Source: Cirrosporium novae-zelandiae
Taxonomy: Eukaryota
Length of the DNA stretch: 64,000 bases
Assembly: GCA_026023565.1 (NCBI GenBank)
Contig: JAPETS010000026.1
Span: forward strand, 124,001-188,000
Direction of reading: 5' to 3'
Shown here: positions 48,322-61,520 of the stretch, piece by piece
Layout: each line of letters starts with the position of its first letter
Numbering within the stretch: the stretch's first letter is position 1
The notes under the pieces: model-generated
What the model was told of the DNA's origin: nothing
Seen by the model: the letters and a program-made list of their open reading frames with translations, nothing else
Databases searched by the model: none
Program-made: the position numbers and the translations under genes

Positions 48322-49397
48322 CTAAGCAGTGTGGTGAGGATAGCTATATAGATGGATAGCAATAAAGTAATATACAAGATGTAGTTAATAATGATAACTT
48401 AGAAGTGACTCCCGTAATAGGTTTAAAAGTCAAGCGTTACTTTGCTAGGCAACGTTTTTCACTAGCTAGGCGTGCCTTAACGAATAATAATGGTGAGTGA
48501 AGCTGACGGGCCAATAAGTAATAAGCGCCAAAAATATTACCCAAACGCCCAAAAGTTATAGTCTAATTGAAAGGGGGTCCCCCTGAGAAAGAGGTCGTCT
48601 TCGCTGGGTTTATCTATAAATTTGGGCTCATAGTATTTAAAAATTTGATATCATATCACTAAAATCTATATTTCAATTAAGGTATAACGTATAGCTTAAA
48701 GTATCAATTTCTAGTACGATAAGTTGTTTATACTAAAAGTATTTTATTGCAAAATCGCTAATCTTATATAAAACAGTCACATTCACCCTTTACATCTTCC
48801 TTAATACCTTATATTTTGAATTATGTGCTTCCCTATAATTATAATCCAAGCATCCCCATCCGGCCCGCTTCAACAACATGATTATAAAGACCGTGGAGGG
48901 TTTATCCGATTGCCAATAACACATCGAATGCAGAACTCCGTAGCAAGCATTGAACGAAGTATAAAACGGATACTATGCAAGCTTTTGGGTCATAGAGAAG
49001 TGGATCTAGAGGAACAGTTGCCGCCTCCATATATCCGCGAGTTCGTGCCTTTGGAAAGAAAGCGATATCAAAGATTAGTCGATGCTTTTATAGCTTCACA
49101 TTGAGTTATCGTCAAGGTCATGAGCTGGTCTCATGTGCATATGTTATTTGGAGGATTGTGGTATGGTGGAAAGGTCCTAAGGCAGTGGAGACAAGTAGGT
49201 GAAATGTACTAGCCTTTTACAATAAGTCCTCAAGCATATCTATTCAATACTCAAAGTATTTATTGGAGACATACAATACACAGTAAGGAAAAGAAGGTTA
49301 TCGGGACTCAGGGTATCGATACTCTAATAATCATGGATAGACTATCTAGCACGTCCCTGGGTACCTGGGAGAAAAGCCACTATGTCTAGTGTTGAAG

Positions 49398-49757
49398 CAG
49401 CGAAGGGAATGGACCAGATCGAATAGACGGTCTGACTCCGACCAACCAGACCAAGCTTTTTCATAGACCAATCAGATTTTGACTGCCCAAGGTCTATGTC
49501 GGTCTATATAAATGCGAATTATAAGGTGAGGAGGGGGGCATATTTTTGGGGTGTTGAAGTTTGTTGGGGCATCGGAGCTCGGTATTTATTCCGTATACAT
49601 TATATTATCTCCACGTGATATCACGTGGAGATAATATGTAGTGTTGTGAATCAGGGTGTAAAATTTTCCCCGTATTCCGCGTGGCCTGTATTATATGACG
49701 GTCTATAGTATACACCGACCAGACCGAAGCCCTTGGTCTGGTCGGTTTGGTCCATTC
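49398..49757. mobile_element. Family C TIR element copy with a central 36-bp perfect palindrome
   Basis: CAGCGAAGGGAATGGACC ... TTTGGTCCATTC; ATATTATCTCCACGTGAT|ATCACGTGGAGATAATAT at 49602-49637. Confidence 0.65.
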
Positions 49758-51363
49758 TAAATGCAGGTGCAGGAATTTATCCTAAAGTGATGCTGCCAAG
49801 AAGTTTCTAGACTAGCCCAAGTTTGGGTGAAAAGAGTGCTGGATAAGCGAGTCAGAAATTGCGTTCTCGACACTGGGTACCCTACCGTTTGTTATAAGGA
49901 TGTAGAATTAATTCTATGCTATGCAGTCTTGGCACGGAATATGCCGGAATATCAATATAACCCTTGCAGGGAGCGATATATTAGAGCTTAGACGGTAATT
50001 TGACACTGAGTATTTGATAATCCTTAGAATCTTCATTAAGATAAGTTTCTACTAAAAAAAGCTGTGTAAGAAAATTCGAAAGTGATACTGTGAAAGTCAT
50101 CACACGCGAATAAAATAAAGATGTTAGCCGATAACAAGAATTTGAAGCCATTCAGTTAGCCAATCTATCACACACGTCCGCATTTCTTACAATCATTATG
50201 GGCGCATCTAGCAACGGTATAGTTCAACCCTTCTGGGGCTGGATCTGTGATAAAGGTGGATACAACCTAGGCACGATAGCAGACCCTGAACCAAGTAAAG
50301 CTTTGGACAATGTTCATAGATGGAATAAAGAGTTGCTTGAGATTGTTTGAGAATATCTATTACCAGCGCTCGAGGATGCCATCCCATACAAAAAAGAAAC
50401 CTGATTATAGGCAGCCAACATTGGATAGCTCAATACTTTGTTTGAAAACTCGAGGGAGCATAACCAGAAAAGCAAGCTCATTTGACTGAGATAGAATAAC
50501 TTCCGGCATGATAATATGATCTGGGAAAAGTGTTTTTTACTCAACTCAACCAAACCCAGAAACTCCAAGCAGTACCAAATAACGCTGCCGCCGAAGCCAT
50601 CCACTGAAAAATATTGGAACCATCCATCAAGCATGCTCATAAGGATGGCACTAGAGCTACAGGGTAGTCGTGACATACATCCTGGCCTGAATTCTTTCTG
50701 CCAGGTTAACCTGTGCCTGAGTCGGCACCTTTTTGCCAATACCAGGATCCTGTACAGAGTGCATGATCCTCTCCCTTTTCAATTGCCACCCAAGACCCTT
50801 ACGGGCAGGCTTGCTAGAGGCCTTCGGATGGAAGAGACGGCAAACAAGGGGGTCACACTTACCTCTTTGTAACTATAGAGGTGGCAAGCAGTGAACATTG
50901 CATCCAAATGGATTTTTTATCGGAGAGTGCTGCATTGACTGGGCAAAACTAGTGGCTCCCCACGAGTGCGGTCAGCTCATTCATCCGAATTAACCCTTCC
51001 ATCTTGCATAACTAGATACGTCCAAGAGATATCACAACTTTTATGACGAAGGCTCCTCCTCTTATCAACCAAGGGCATGGCTGAGCATTGCGCCAGACAG
51101 TTTCATCTAAAGACGAGGCGTAATTGTCCCGCTGAAATTGATAGCCCTAGCTAGCTTTATTGGAGGATACTAAATAAGTGACAAGATATTTCTACTTGTA
51201 TCTGCTTCGTGATGAAATCATCAGCGCTTACATTCCCGGCAGCTGGACCAAGCCCAGTGCTTAAAAGGGTGTCTATTCCCCTCTCTTTACTCCATCAAGA
51301 CTTTCAAAGTTAACCATTCTTGTTTATTCCCAGAACTAAATTTGATGCCAAATCATTCCAAAT

Positions 51364-53100
51364 ATGTCGTCAAAATCGTTGTCCACGCTACCCTTGGAAG
51401 TTTTGAATAATATTATGCAACATGTTTGTCCCCAACTCTTGTTCACTATTTGATCCAGAGAGCTGATATCATTTTTAGCTTTTTCAATCTGATTTACTCA
51501 ACTTGAATACTACCTGTAAACAGTTACATTATTTAACGCAACCCGAACTTCTGAAGACTGCATTCATCGATATTCCCGGCTCATGCTTGTGCTCCTACAC
51601 CAAAAAACGATACCTTCATACTATCGAACACCTTACAGAGTATTCGAGAATAGTGAAAACCATCTCCATATGCGACAACATATTTCTCAGTCAGCTAGAG
51701 CCAAATAGGGCCCCGAACTGGGATAAGGAGCTTCTGGGTGGACTCAGTGAGACGATTCAACGTTTACTGAAATTAGAAAACTTCAAGTGAGTGGCCTACA
51801 GCCTGTGGTATTAAACCAATTTAACCAAATTAGATTTTCCCCTAAAAATCTTAAGAATGCTGCAGCGAACAACTGGTTACCTGACCTGTGGACTGCACTT
51901 TCTTCGTTGAAATCCTTGGCTATCATGGATATAATCATCCCGCATACCCTACCTGAGAACATCTACTTTACTAGCCTACATACTTTAAGATTATATATCC
52001 GCCCAGGATCACTTCCTAGAACCTTACCTTTGATGCCCCAGCTTACCCATCTTACCTTGAACTTCGATAGAGGCGTGCATAGTATCCACCAAAACAGAGT
52101 GCACGGCTTTATTAGTTCCCAGACCACTCCCAAACTTTCAAATCTTCATATTCAAGACAATGAATTTGTTCTTGAAATGTTTGACCAAATATCTTTTGTT
52201 AAACCTGAAGTTATTAGTTTCTGCAATTGTGGTGCCATTTCTACGACTTTAATCTCTCTGCTTTCGGTCAATCTGGAGATCCTAACCCTCAAATTTTGTT
52301 TTTTGACATCTGATTCAACCGAAATCATATCTTTACCTCGTCTCAGACAGTTGAATATACTCCGTTGCGATGGAAATGACGATCAGTTCTGGCTTCAATT
52401 TTTGGATTGCCCAACACTCTACTCGTTGACCTTTCTATCTATACTCAAGCGACCTGCAGTGCAATTGGCTCTCGCGTTATTCCTCGAAAGGAGTAAACAG
52501 ACATTGGAAGTTTTTAGTTTGGGGAATAAATCTAAATCCCACAATGACGAAAATGAGAATATACTGATTACAGATCTCTTTATCAGTATACTTGGATTAA
52601 CAAACATCCGTTTCTTAGTCTTGAGGGATCGCAGCATGCTAACTCTACGCATGTTGGCTAAGCTGGTGCAATCCACAAAACTATCCGGATTAGCCTTAAC
52701 TTTGGACGGAAAAAACCATGATCCCAAAGATCTATGGCCAAATGTGAGTTTTCTCGAGTGACAAGCATTCTTTTTACTATATACTGATAAGTATATCCAG
52801 TTCTACAATTTGAAAGCAATGTTTAGCCCGGATCTACAGTATCTGTGGCTTCACACTGGTTGGATTAATATTGAAAGTGACGATGCCGATCAATTAATTT
52901 CCGATTGGGAAGCTGCTAGTCAGACCTGCCAACAGACACCTACTCTATGTCAGCTCAGTATCGAAGGACAGGCTTACATGGTGGGGACGTGCATGTCAGT
53001 ACATGGACCGAGGCTTAGGCCCGTTTTCTTAGGCCAGGTTCCAATCTCCTCTTATCATCGAAAGATAAATGCCAAGATATGGCTAAATAATGTTAGATAA
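51364..53100 (+). CDS. F-box protein with LRR-like C-terminus (Starship cargo), spliced
   Basis: Spliced N-term MSSKSLSTLPLEVLNNIMQH-LFQSDLLNLNTTCKQLH (F-box pattern); LxxLxL repeats (LHTLRL, LTHLTL, LSNLHI, LRQLNI). Confidence 0.7.
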
Positions 53101-53437
53101 TAGAATGTTTGCTCTATATACAAAGCGAGGATATAAGGAAATAAAAATTCTTTGGCCCTCTAAGGTCTTTCCCTTCATCATCAATTTACAGAATATTTCG
53201 TCAAAATCACTAAGGTAAGAACTTGTTTTAGATTCTATAAAGAGTTCTCATGCAATTGCTCAGCTAGTAGTCTTTATCTAAGGTCGTGGCGCATGAGCCA
53301 CGTGAGGGCTGGAACCATAATATTATGATGCTAATAACCGTAACTGCTACAAAACGAAGGCTTGTCATATTGAGATAGCTACGTACAACATTTTAATTTA
53401 CATCGCTTTGAACGAATCTTCAATCCCAAACCCGTAT

Positions 53438-56400
53438 CTATGCTAAACGAGGTCGCTTTGCTTGTCGCCCACTCTCGTCCGGGTTGGCACGCTTCTTGCC
53501 TCGCGGTTCACAGCATGGTGTTTGACACCCCTGGCACCAAATTCCTGTTGACTTTTTATGTTGGGCAGAGCCAAACGGGGAATCTAGATTCTGCTCTTTA
53601 ATAAACCAACCTAAAGTCTGTGGGAGACCACTGAGTCTCCGGTGGACCTTTTGACCTATCCTTATTGAAATGTTGATAGGATCATCTAAACCTCGAGCAT
53701 AAAAGCTGACCTGCTTACGATAGCGGTGGCAGAAAGAGCAAATATCAACAGTCTTATCCAACGCTCCTATCGTTAAAGGACCCATTGTGAATTCGATTTC
53801 TCCTGGATACAAACGTGTCAGAATCTGGATAAAAACACTGCTATTAATGCGGCATCGAATGAACCCCTGGCATCGATAAATCCCGGAGTCGAATTGAGGC
53901 ATAGAAGATAGCTCAAAATATAGAGAAGAAACCAAGAGGGCAAACACGGTATTTTGCCACTGTGCTGAGTTTCCGGGTTGGGCGTGAACACGGGTTTGGA
54001 GTTCTTCCATCTTATCTATATCGTCAAGACAGGGCTCGGAACCGGAAAAAGAAACATTTAATCGAAAATAATCCATTTTTGAATGTTTATCTAGACGATT
54101 CCGGAGAGATTTCCACGAAGACTGCCCATCAAGAGAAGACATAAACGATCTATACAATCTAGGACCGAACCCGTCTCGGAAAATATGACGGAATTTGGTT
54201 ATTTTTGGAGATTGAGCCATATTTTCCCCGGTCCCTGTTCCCAGAGAAACAACGACATCAGGATTTCCCGTCGCGGGCCAGATGTGTTGGCTTTCCCAAA
54301 GTGCAGGATCAAGAGGACAGTTGTATTTAAGACCGCCATTTTGGAAGGATCCCAAACCGGAAACATGAGCAGAAGGGAAAGCTCTGCAACTCTATTAATA
54401 TACTCGATGCGCCAAGGACAACGACGGATGGATAAAACTTACAAAGGAGCAGCCGAGGTTGCACGACCCCTATTGCTTGAGTTAGCTTTATTTGGTGGCC
54501 AAGTTTCACTATGCTTACGCTTCCCATATATATGGCTCGTTCTCGGGTGATATCGGCCTTATATGTTTGTACCCACAATTCTTTTCACGCAAGCCAATGC
54601 CGTTGTAATTGGAAAACAAGCACAGCGAAGCATCAGATATGCTTGTTGCGGTCACTGCAACTTTCGTGCCAGAGATAGTACCATGAGTACAATCGAACAT
54701 TCGATGCTTTACTCCAAAGCTTTCTTTCAATGCTTGCTCAAGAGCTTCAGCATCGTAAAAGCCATCGGAGAGCCAACAGCGGATCAATTGTCGTATATGT
54801 CCAAACAACGAGTGGTTTGATTTACGCATTTTACCGAAATAGCTTGTGGCGAGGGCTTTAAACATCCGCAAACACTGTGATATGTTCCATTGTTGAATAA
54901 ATAAACCAAGGACAATAAGCCCACCTACGTAGACTAGTTAGATAGATTTGGACTTTTGGGTTTAGTTAACATACCGGAGCTAGTCCCCACAGCAAGGTCG
55001 AAGAAATCTTGAATCCGGCAATCAGAGCCAAGTACATTCTGGAGAGCCGATAACATTTCCAATGGAACAATCCCCCGCACACCACCTCCGTCAATGCTTA
55101 AAATTCGAACTCCAGCCGTTGGTGGCTTAAGTCGTACCGTTAAAGAGTTTCCTTTTTGACAAAGAACACATGCCGAGAGCATATAATGATGTTCTAGTCC
55201 AAGGACGTCCTCTCCGAGGATTTCGACACATGTGTCACAAATGCTATGACCGCATTGAAAGACGTGTTCTGGCTTACGGCGAAGACAGAACAAACAAGTC
55301 GTGTTGAGCTTGATTAAGGGCCAGTATTCTGCGTTTACTCGAATATTTTTGAGATGGACCTGAGATGATGAATTGCATTCTTTGATAGTGGGTTGCAGCT
55401 TTATAAGATGGTCTTCTATCGCGCGGCATTGAGATTCTGCAAAGGAAGTATCTTGGTTGAACGTTTCAAAAGCAACAAGGCAGGGTGTTCGATAAAGCCG
55501 ATGGAATACCAATTTCGGATCAAAGTCTACCCCCAAAATTAGGATTTGTTTCTACAATCTTCGATCATGAAGCTTACCATGCATCCCCGGAGGGTAGGCG
55601 TCCATCAAAATACTTGAAGCTATAAACAATGTAATAGCTGGATCAGGGAGTTTATGTTTGGCACAAACCCTTACGAAATCGAGAATATGATTTTGGAAAT
55701 TGTTGTCAAGGCTGTTTTGATTCCTTGAAGCTAGAATGAAATCAAAGCATGAATGCAATGTACTTGCGGTATGTTGTACTGCTAACCCAAAGAAAGCTTC
55801 AAGATGCAATGCCGAAAAAAGAAATTGATGTTGCAAACGAGTTTCTCGAGCATCGTCCAAATCATTGAGAATGATCTCTTTCAGTCGCCGGTGGCGAGCC
55901 AGAGATGACAGATGTTTTCCCGGAAGCGACACTAATTTGATCGAAGAAAAAGACTGCGACAAATCTGGCTGCTGTAGACTGTGACGGAATTCGTTTTCTT
56001 TAAGCATCAGGTGAGTTGTGCTTCCATAAGAATTAGACGTGATAACGATCACCTTCGGTCGTAAGGGTAGAGGCAAGTCTGACGCAGAATGGATACTGGC
56101 CCATATTTTTAGATGTTGGGCGACAGCCTCAAAGCCGCCATAGTCATCCGCAAAAAGACACAGAACATCAGTAAAAAGAAAGAACAGACGTGCAAAAATA
56201 ATGTCTGGTATACTATGTGAGCAATAACCAGGCCAAGAAATTGGAACAATTGTCCTTTCATGACAGTTGAACGTATTTTGTACATCCCGAACCTGCGGGA
56301 AAGGGACAGCATCGGCAAAAAAGATTGGATAATTAGAGTTTGAAGTAGAATAATCCAATCGTAAATTTGCAATACCTTGAGATTGACGTCGTCCGATATT

Positions 56401-56589
56401 ATTTTCCGGAAACAATTCTTTCAAGGCTATTTCCTTCTTCCCTTTGCCGATAAAGAAGACTATCCTCGGGAACTGGGACGATGGGTTATTCAGTGAATGA
56501 ACAAGCCGGGCTAGCCGAGCTTCATTCACTAGGCCTGCTCTAGCCCCGCTAGAGATCCGCAGCCAAGATGTGTGTGGGCATGAAGTCAT
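53438..56589 (-). CDS. Patatin-like phospholipase with Cys-rich region (Starship-associated PLP), spliced
   Basis: ILSIDGGGVRG, FDLAVGTSSG, RATSAAP, FQNGG (DGG position); CLFC...CGHSICDTC...CVLC upstream. Confidence 0.88.
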
Positions 56590-56822
56590 TTTTTTTTGTA
56601 GTTGACGTTAGAAAGATAAGAAACTTGATGAAAGAAACAGTATTGAGTGGTTGTTGTTGCTGTCAATGGCTGTCCCTTGGTCTTTTTATATTGGGACCTA
56701 CGTCCACTTCCATGAACCTCCGTGAAATGGGGTCCCCCTTTCCTCGCGCCTCGTAGTACCCTGACACTATTAAGGTATGTCACAGTCAAAGCAGATGATG
56801 CCCAACTCCATTTTCCTAACAA

Positions 56823-59414
56823 ATGGCTAATCTACCTCTGGCTGGCTCTTCTTCACAGGCACTTCATCAGGCTCGACTCGGATACTTCAAGCTTGAGATT
56901 CAACACCTAAGGTTCGAGGACGAGGGATCTAGAGTAGGAAACCGAGCCCTTGACCTGAAAAATGTCGCTCGGCTTGTTAGGGTGTTCCAACTCGAAGGTT
57001 GCTTGCGAACGAAAGAAAAAAATACCGTGTCCGCATTAATTTCGATTGAAAATTACCAATCCTATATTGGAGATGTTGACCAGCGACCCCAGACCCCGGA
57101 AAAAGCTATACGATTGGCTATACCTGATGGTGGCGTCCTTACCTGCCTAACTGGACGTCATCGAATCGCGACAGCTCAACAATTCCTTCCTGCGAATGAT
57201 CAATGGTGGATAGTGTGTTTATACAATGACAGTTAGTAGCCCTTCCGTTTTTAATGTTTTCTCGTCTGACTATAGACTGTTTAAGTTTTGGATGGCGTAT
57301 CACAAGCCGAACTTCGAGAGAGTTACGATAACAATCGTCCATACACTGATGGGGAGATTTTTAGAAACATTCGTTTTCACCAAAAAGCTGGTAATACAGT
57401 CGCTGAGGGGAAGTGGATGGCGAGACTCACCATGAGCAAACTAAAGGACTTGCGGCAACTTCAACGTCAGGAAGCCCTGATCCCACTCCTTAGAGCCTTT
57501 GATACTCTTCTGGATTTCCCGGGCTTATGGCCAAGGTTGCAACTTGGGACCTTTCACCGTCTTTTAACTATGCACTGCCCCGAAGTATGCTTGCATCACC
57601 ACCGAATCTTAGATATCGCTAATTGATTGCAGGAGTTGGCTCATTATTTGTATCATATTGAAAATGACTGGACTTTGATTATTGAAGATCTCGCCAATTA
57701 TCATATTGATTTCCAAACCGTAGAGTATTTGCAAGGCCTTTCTCCTCACTGGTCAACCGAAGATCGATCCACTATCGAGCGATATTTTTTGCAAAATATA
57801 GTATTTAGTGGCGTCACCAATCCCAATGACCGGCAGAGACTACAAGCGCGAGTGTTATCGATCCCTAATATAATTCCATCACTACATACCTTCCTTGAAG
57901 ACACTAAATATCTCGAACCGTGTTCCAAAATATTGAAAAGTCTACTCCCAGTGAGTACGAAAAAAATTTCGCTTAGAAAAGGGTTTAGCCAGCATTATTT
58001 TCCACCGCCTTCTAGAGAGACTCGGGTTTATACTAGTGAACAAGATGTCGTAACCTATTGTTCTCAAGCTGATCACGGGTTTATGTCTGGCTACCGTCAG
58101 CTTTTCCTATTTTCCATGCGCCATTTCCCTTCTTTATCTGACCTCGGTCCCCGGAAAGATGTCTTTGTCACACCCACGTCAAAGCTGCCTCCAGATATTT
58201 GCCGATATGAGCTCGTGACACTAGCTGCCGGACTTGGGTTTAAAACGCCTATGATCGAAAACTACCTAAAACAGAATCCCCTGCAGAAACTAGCCGGAAG
58301 ATTCCTGCACGATGCAAGACCTAGTCAAACCTATGACATTGATGGCGCCAAATTTACTGATGGAGTAGACCAGATATTGGTTACACTTGAAAGTTTTAAA
58401 CAACGAGCTTCAAATTCTTATGACCCTCAGCTTTCCATTGATTCAGGGCGCCGAATTCCTCTGAAGGAACGTTGTGGTCGTCCATTCGAATCTGGATTTT
58501 ACAATGATCACCCTCATCTTTTTCTACGACAGATTTATCGGGAATGGCAGCCTATACCTCGACAGCAGATTAGCTCTTTTTCTGTCAAAAGAGACGTCTT
58601 TCGGGCCTTTTTTGGAACAGAAACTGACTTGCCGCCCTCCTTTGAAGGTTATTCCGAAAATAACCAACCACCACCTTCCACCGAGGAGGGGTTTGTTCCA
58701 CCACCTTCTATAAGGGATTTAGCTCACGACAGCGGACATCGTAGTACTGATGCTATGAATGGTCCAACACAGGATGAGAATGAGAGAAACTCTATTGATA
58801 CTCAGTTCCCTATATCGCACCCAAATCCACCAACAAGCCATCAGGAGATTGTTCCTGCCCCCCAGCAACTGTCTTCATTTAATTATCATTCTCCGGAAAG
58901 TTACTATTCTTCAGTAATAAACTGGTCTACGTTTCCTGCGATAGAACGTGAGCAGCAAATAATGGACCCTATATTAGAGGATTCGTTTTCAGGGAACCAA
59001 GTCGAGGCGCCTAATAGTAGTTTTGTACTTAACGAAGAGTTGACAATAATACAGTCTAGGCACCCCCAAAATCATGCAATAGCAATCAGAGATGCTGTGC
59101 AATTTCAGAAAGAATGGGGAAAACAGCAAGATCGTACTATAGTTTACAATTGGTCACTTCAATGTCGTACTCCCATTGGATCTGAAATAAAATTGAGAGA
59201 ATTCGTTATTAATACAATAGAAGAATACTCTTTCTTTGTGGCGCAGATTGACGGTAGCAAAGCAAAGCTCACGACTATTGACCCAGGTAAACTTATAGAC
59301 AGCGCAAATGATAAAATATTCATACATGTTGTCAAAAGGGGCAGCAAACAGGAGCATCGAATTAATTATGAATTTTCTCAGCAATGGTTTCATGTACATC
59401 GCAATGTTCTTTAG
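56823..59414 (+). CDS. DUF3723 protein (Starship-associated), 3 exons
   Basis: NVARLVRVFQLEGCLR, CLTGRHRI, WWIVCLY, DGEIFRNIR, LLDFPGLW, HCPEE, IPSLHTFLEDTKYLEPC, YRQLFLFSMRHF, ERCGRP, VKRDVFRAFFG. Confidence 0.88.
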
Positions 59415-59464
59415 CGGAAATAGGAAAAATTGATCACACTTAGACGACATCTGTGGAGAAAGAT

Positions 59465-59629
59465 TTGGGGGAGAACAGCACGTAGGGGATAGAATCCCGT
59501 AGGGAAAGAGAAGCCTTGGGGGAGAACAGCACGTAGGGGATAGAATCCCGTAGGGAAAGAGAAGCCTTGGGGGAAAACAGCACGTAGGGGACAAAATCCC
59601 GTAGGGAAAGAGAAGCCTTGGGGGAGAAC
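59465..59629. repeat. 51-bp tandem repeat, ~3.2 copies
   Basis: TTGGGGGAGAACAGCACGTAGGGGATAGAATCCCGTAGGGAAAGAGAAGCC unit; anchors at 59471, 59522, 59573 and 59624. Confidence 0.92.
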
Positions 59630-59630
59630 T

Positions 59631-59801
59631 CGCATGCAAGACGCAAGTAATGATGATAGCTTTCGAAGTGCTCCTTCTGTAGATACAAAAGTCGAACGCT
59701 GCCTTGATGAATCAAGCAGCGTTCTCCTACATAAGGGTTTGGCCACGCGCCAAGCCTCGCCTATGCGCCTATGAAGCGCATATGCTTGGCATGCCGTTAC
59801 A
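59631..59801. mobile_element. 5'-truncated LTR (family B)
   Basis: Near-identical to 41255-41425, ending GCCGTTACA. Confidence 0.85.
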
Positions 59802-60040
59802 GAAAGCGAAAGAGTGTTTAAATTGTCGTGATGCAGATTTATACCCTCTTCAAATCCTAATACAATGCAAAGGTTCCCTTGAAACCAAGCTTTGCCGTAA
59901 CGGCAAGGTATATAATAAGTTTGTATATCCACTAATGTTTGATAGATATTAAATTCATCTTGAAGGTGTTGAATCGTCTCATCACCATATCTTTTATCAG
60001 CGAATTTTAGGATCAATTGTTGAATAGGGAATAAGCATGG
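59802..60040 (-). pseudogene. Kinase-like gene fragment truncated by the LTR
   Basis: ILKFAD...LQDEFNIYQTLVDIQTYYIPCRYG...CIVLGFEEG resembles a kinase N-lobe (K, alphaC E, 'IP..YG'); the reading frame runs into the LTR. Confidence 0.45.
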
Positions 60041-60639
60041 GTCTGAAGCTGCAAGCCAGACAGGTCTTTAAGGGTTGATTGATAAATTTTTGATGAGCCG
60101 AATAGGAATGTGTGTTAGGCTCGATGTAAAATTTAGGTAATCTTCAAAGAAGTTAGTTAAATTAATAATCTTTAGTATTATATCTTACCAGATCTAAAAT
60201 TCAGATTCAGATGATCATCATTTCCCGAAAGGCGTAAATCCAGTTCCATAGAACAGATGTAAGAAGCTCAAAGGCTCCGGACTGTATGATAAGACTGTGT
60301 CGTGGTCATAAAATATGGAGCTGACTTCGGTTCAGCTATGGTTGGAAGGTAGGGGCATTATTTGATCGCTATAACACAACATCAAAGTTAAAGTTCTTGG
60401 CAGCTCCCCAGACACCCAAAGTTTAAGAGGGAGCTCTACTCGAATAGAAAGTTTGCTTTTTTTGTGTAATTACTAAGCTAGTAGTAACCAAGCACCAATA
60501 TGGCGCCTAAGGCGCGCATGCAACTAGGTACTCAAAGTGAACCGCCAAAGGCATTATCCACAACAGATAGCATAATTTTCATAAATTTAATAGCTTTTGC
60601 CACGAAGAAACAAGTGGAGAGTGTGGCCTTTTCATTCAC

Positions 60640-61520
60640 TTGCCTAAGGTCTATTTCGGTCTATATAAATACACATATAAGGTGGGGGGGGGGAATTTGT
60701 GGTGTTGAGGTTTTCGAGGGGGGTTTGGGGGGAGAGAGTTCGGGAGAAGTTCGGGGTAAGGAGCCTTGGAATATGGGTTCTCTAATTACCTAGTAAAATT
60801 AGCCTTAACTCGAGAAATATGAAACCAACTTAGCTTTTTTTTTGTATAGTACTCTCCTTAATCACTTTTATCCTCACTACCCCCTTCAACACCCCCCTCA
60901 ACACCCCCATCATCACCCCCATCACCATCCCTATCACCATCTTTCTCATCACTTTCCTCACCACCATTATGTCTGTTAGATCGATTATTCGCGTTAAATA
61001 CAACCCATCACCCCCAATTCATGCAAATTCTTCAGATATATCCTCTTTGTCAGTTTCAACCTCATCTTAAGCTCCAAATTCAAGCCAAAAAACCTCAAAT
61101 TCAAGCCACGAAACTCCAGATAATACCCATCCTAATATTTCGAAAAAACGATTCAAAATCGATCAGAACTATTACCTTTTAGCTGATAATTTATATAATA
61201 CTAGAAATAACACGACCTCATGGATTCACCGACATGGTACGATTTCATATTATAATTGGGAAGAGCTTGGAAATTAGGAATAATAAACAGTCGGAGGCCG
61301 CATATCCAGTTAGCTAGCTAGAATAGAGCATGTCATTCGAACTGGAGGCCATATGCTCAGCTAGCTAGCTAGAACGCTGTTTGGTGAAGCAAGGGAGAGG
61401 GGGAAAGTCAACACCAAAACTTTCACTAAGATCTTGACTTATATATTATATAATCATTGACTGACCAATCAAACCCCTGTTATATCATGTGACCGACGGT
61501 CTGGTCCATTCCCTTCACTG
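60640..61520. mobile_element. Degenerate family C TIR element
   Basis: AGGTCTATTTCGGTCTATATAAAT...GGTGTTGAGG matches 49490-49560; ends GGTCTGGTCCATTCCCTTCACTG. Confidence 0.5.

Noticed and set aside
48823..50872. Short ORFs 48823-49104, 50314-50739 and 50516-50872
   Set aside because: No recognisable motifs; possibly decayed cargo, but not supportable.
59154..60016. ORFs with 17-aa repeats; possible CRISPR-like array
   Set aside because: Translation of a 51-bp tandem repeat with no unique spacers, in a eukaryotic context.
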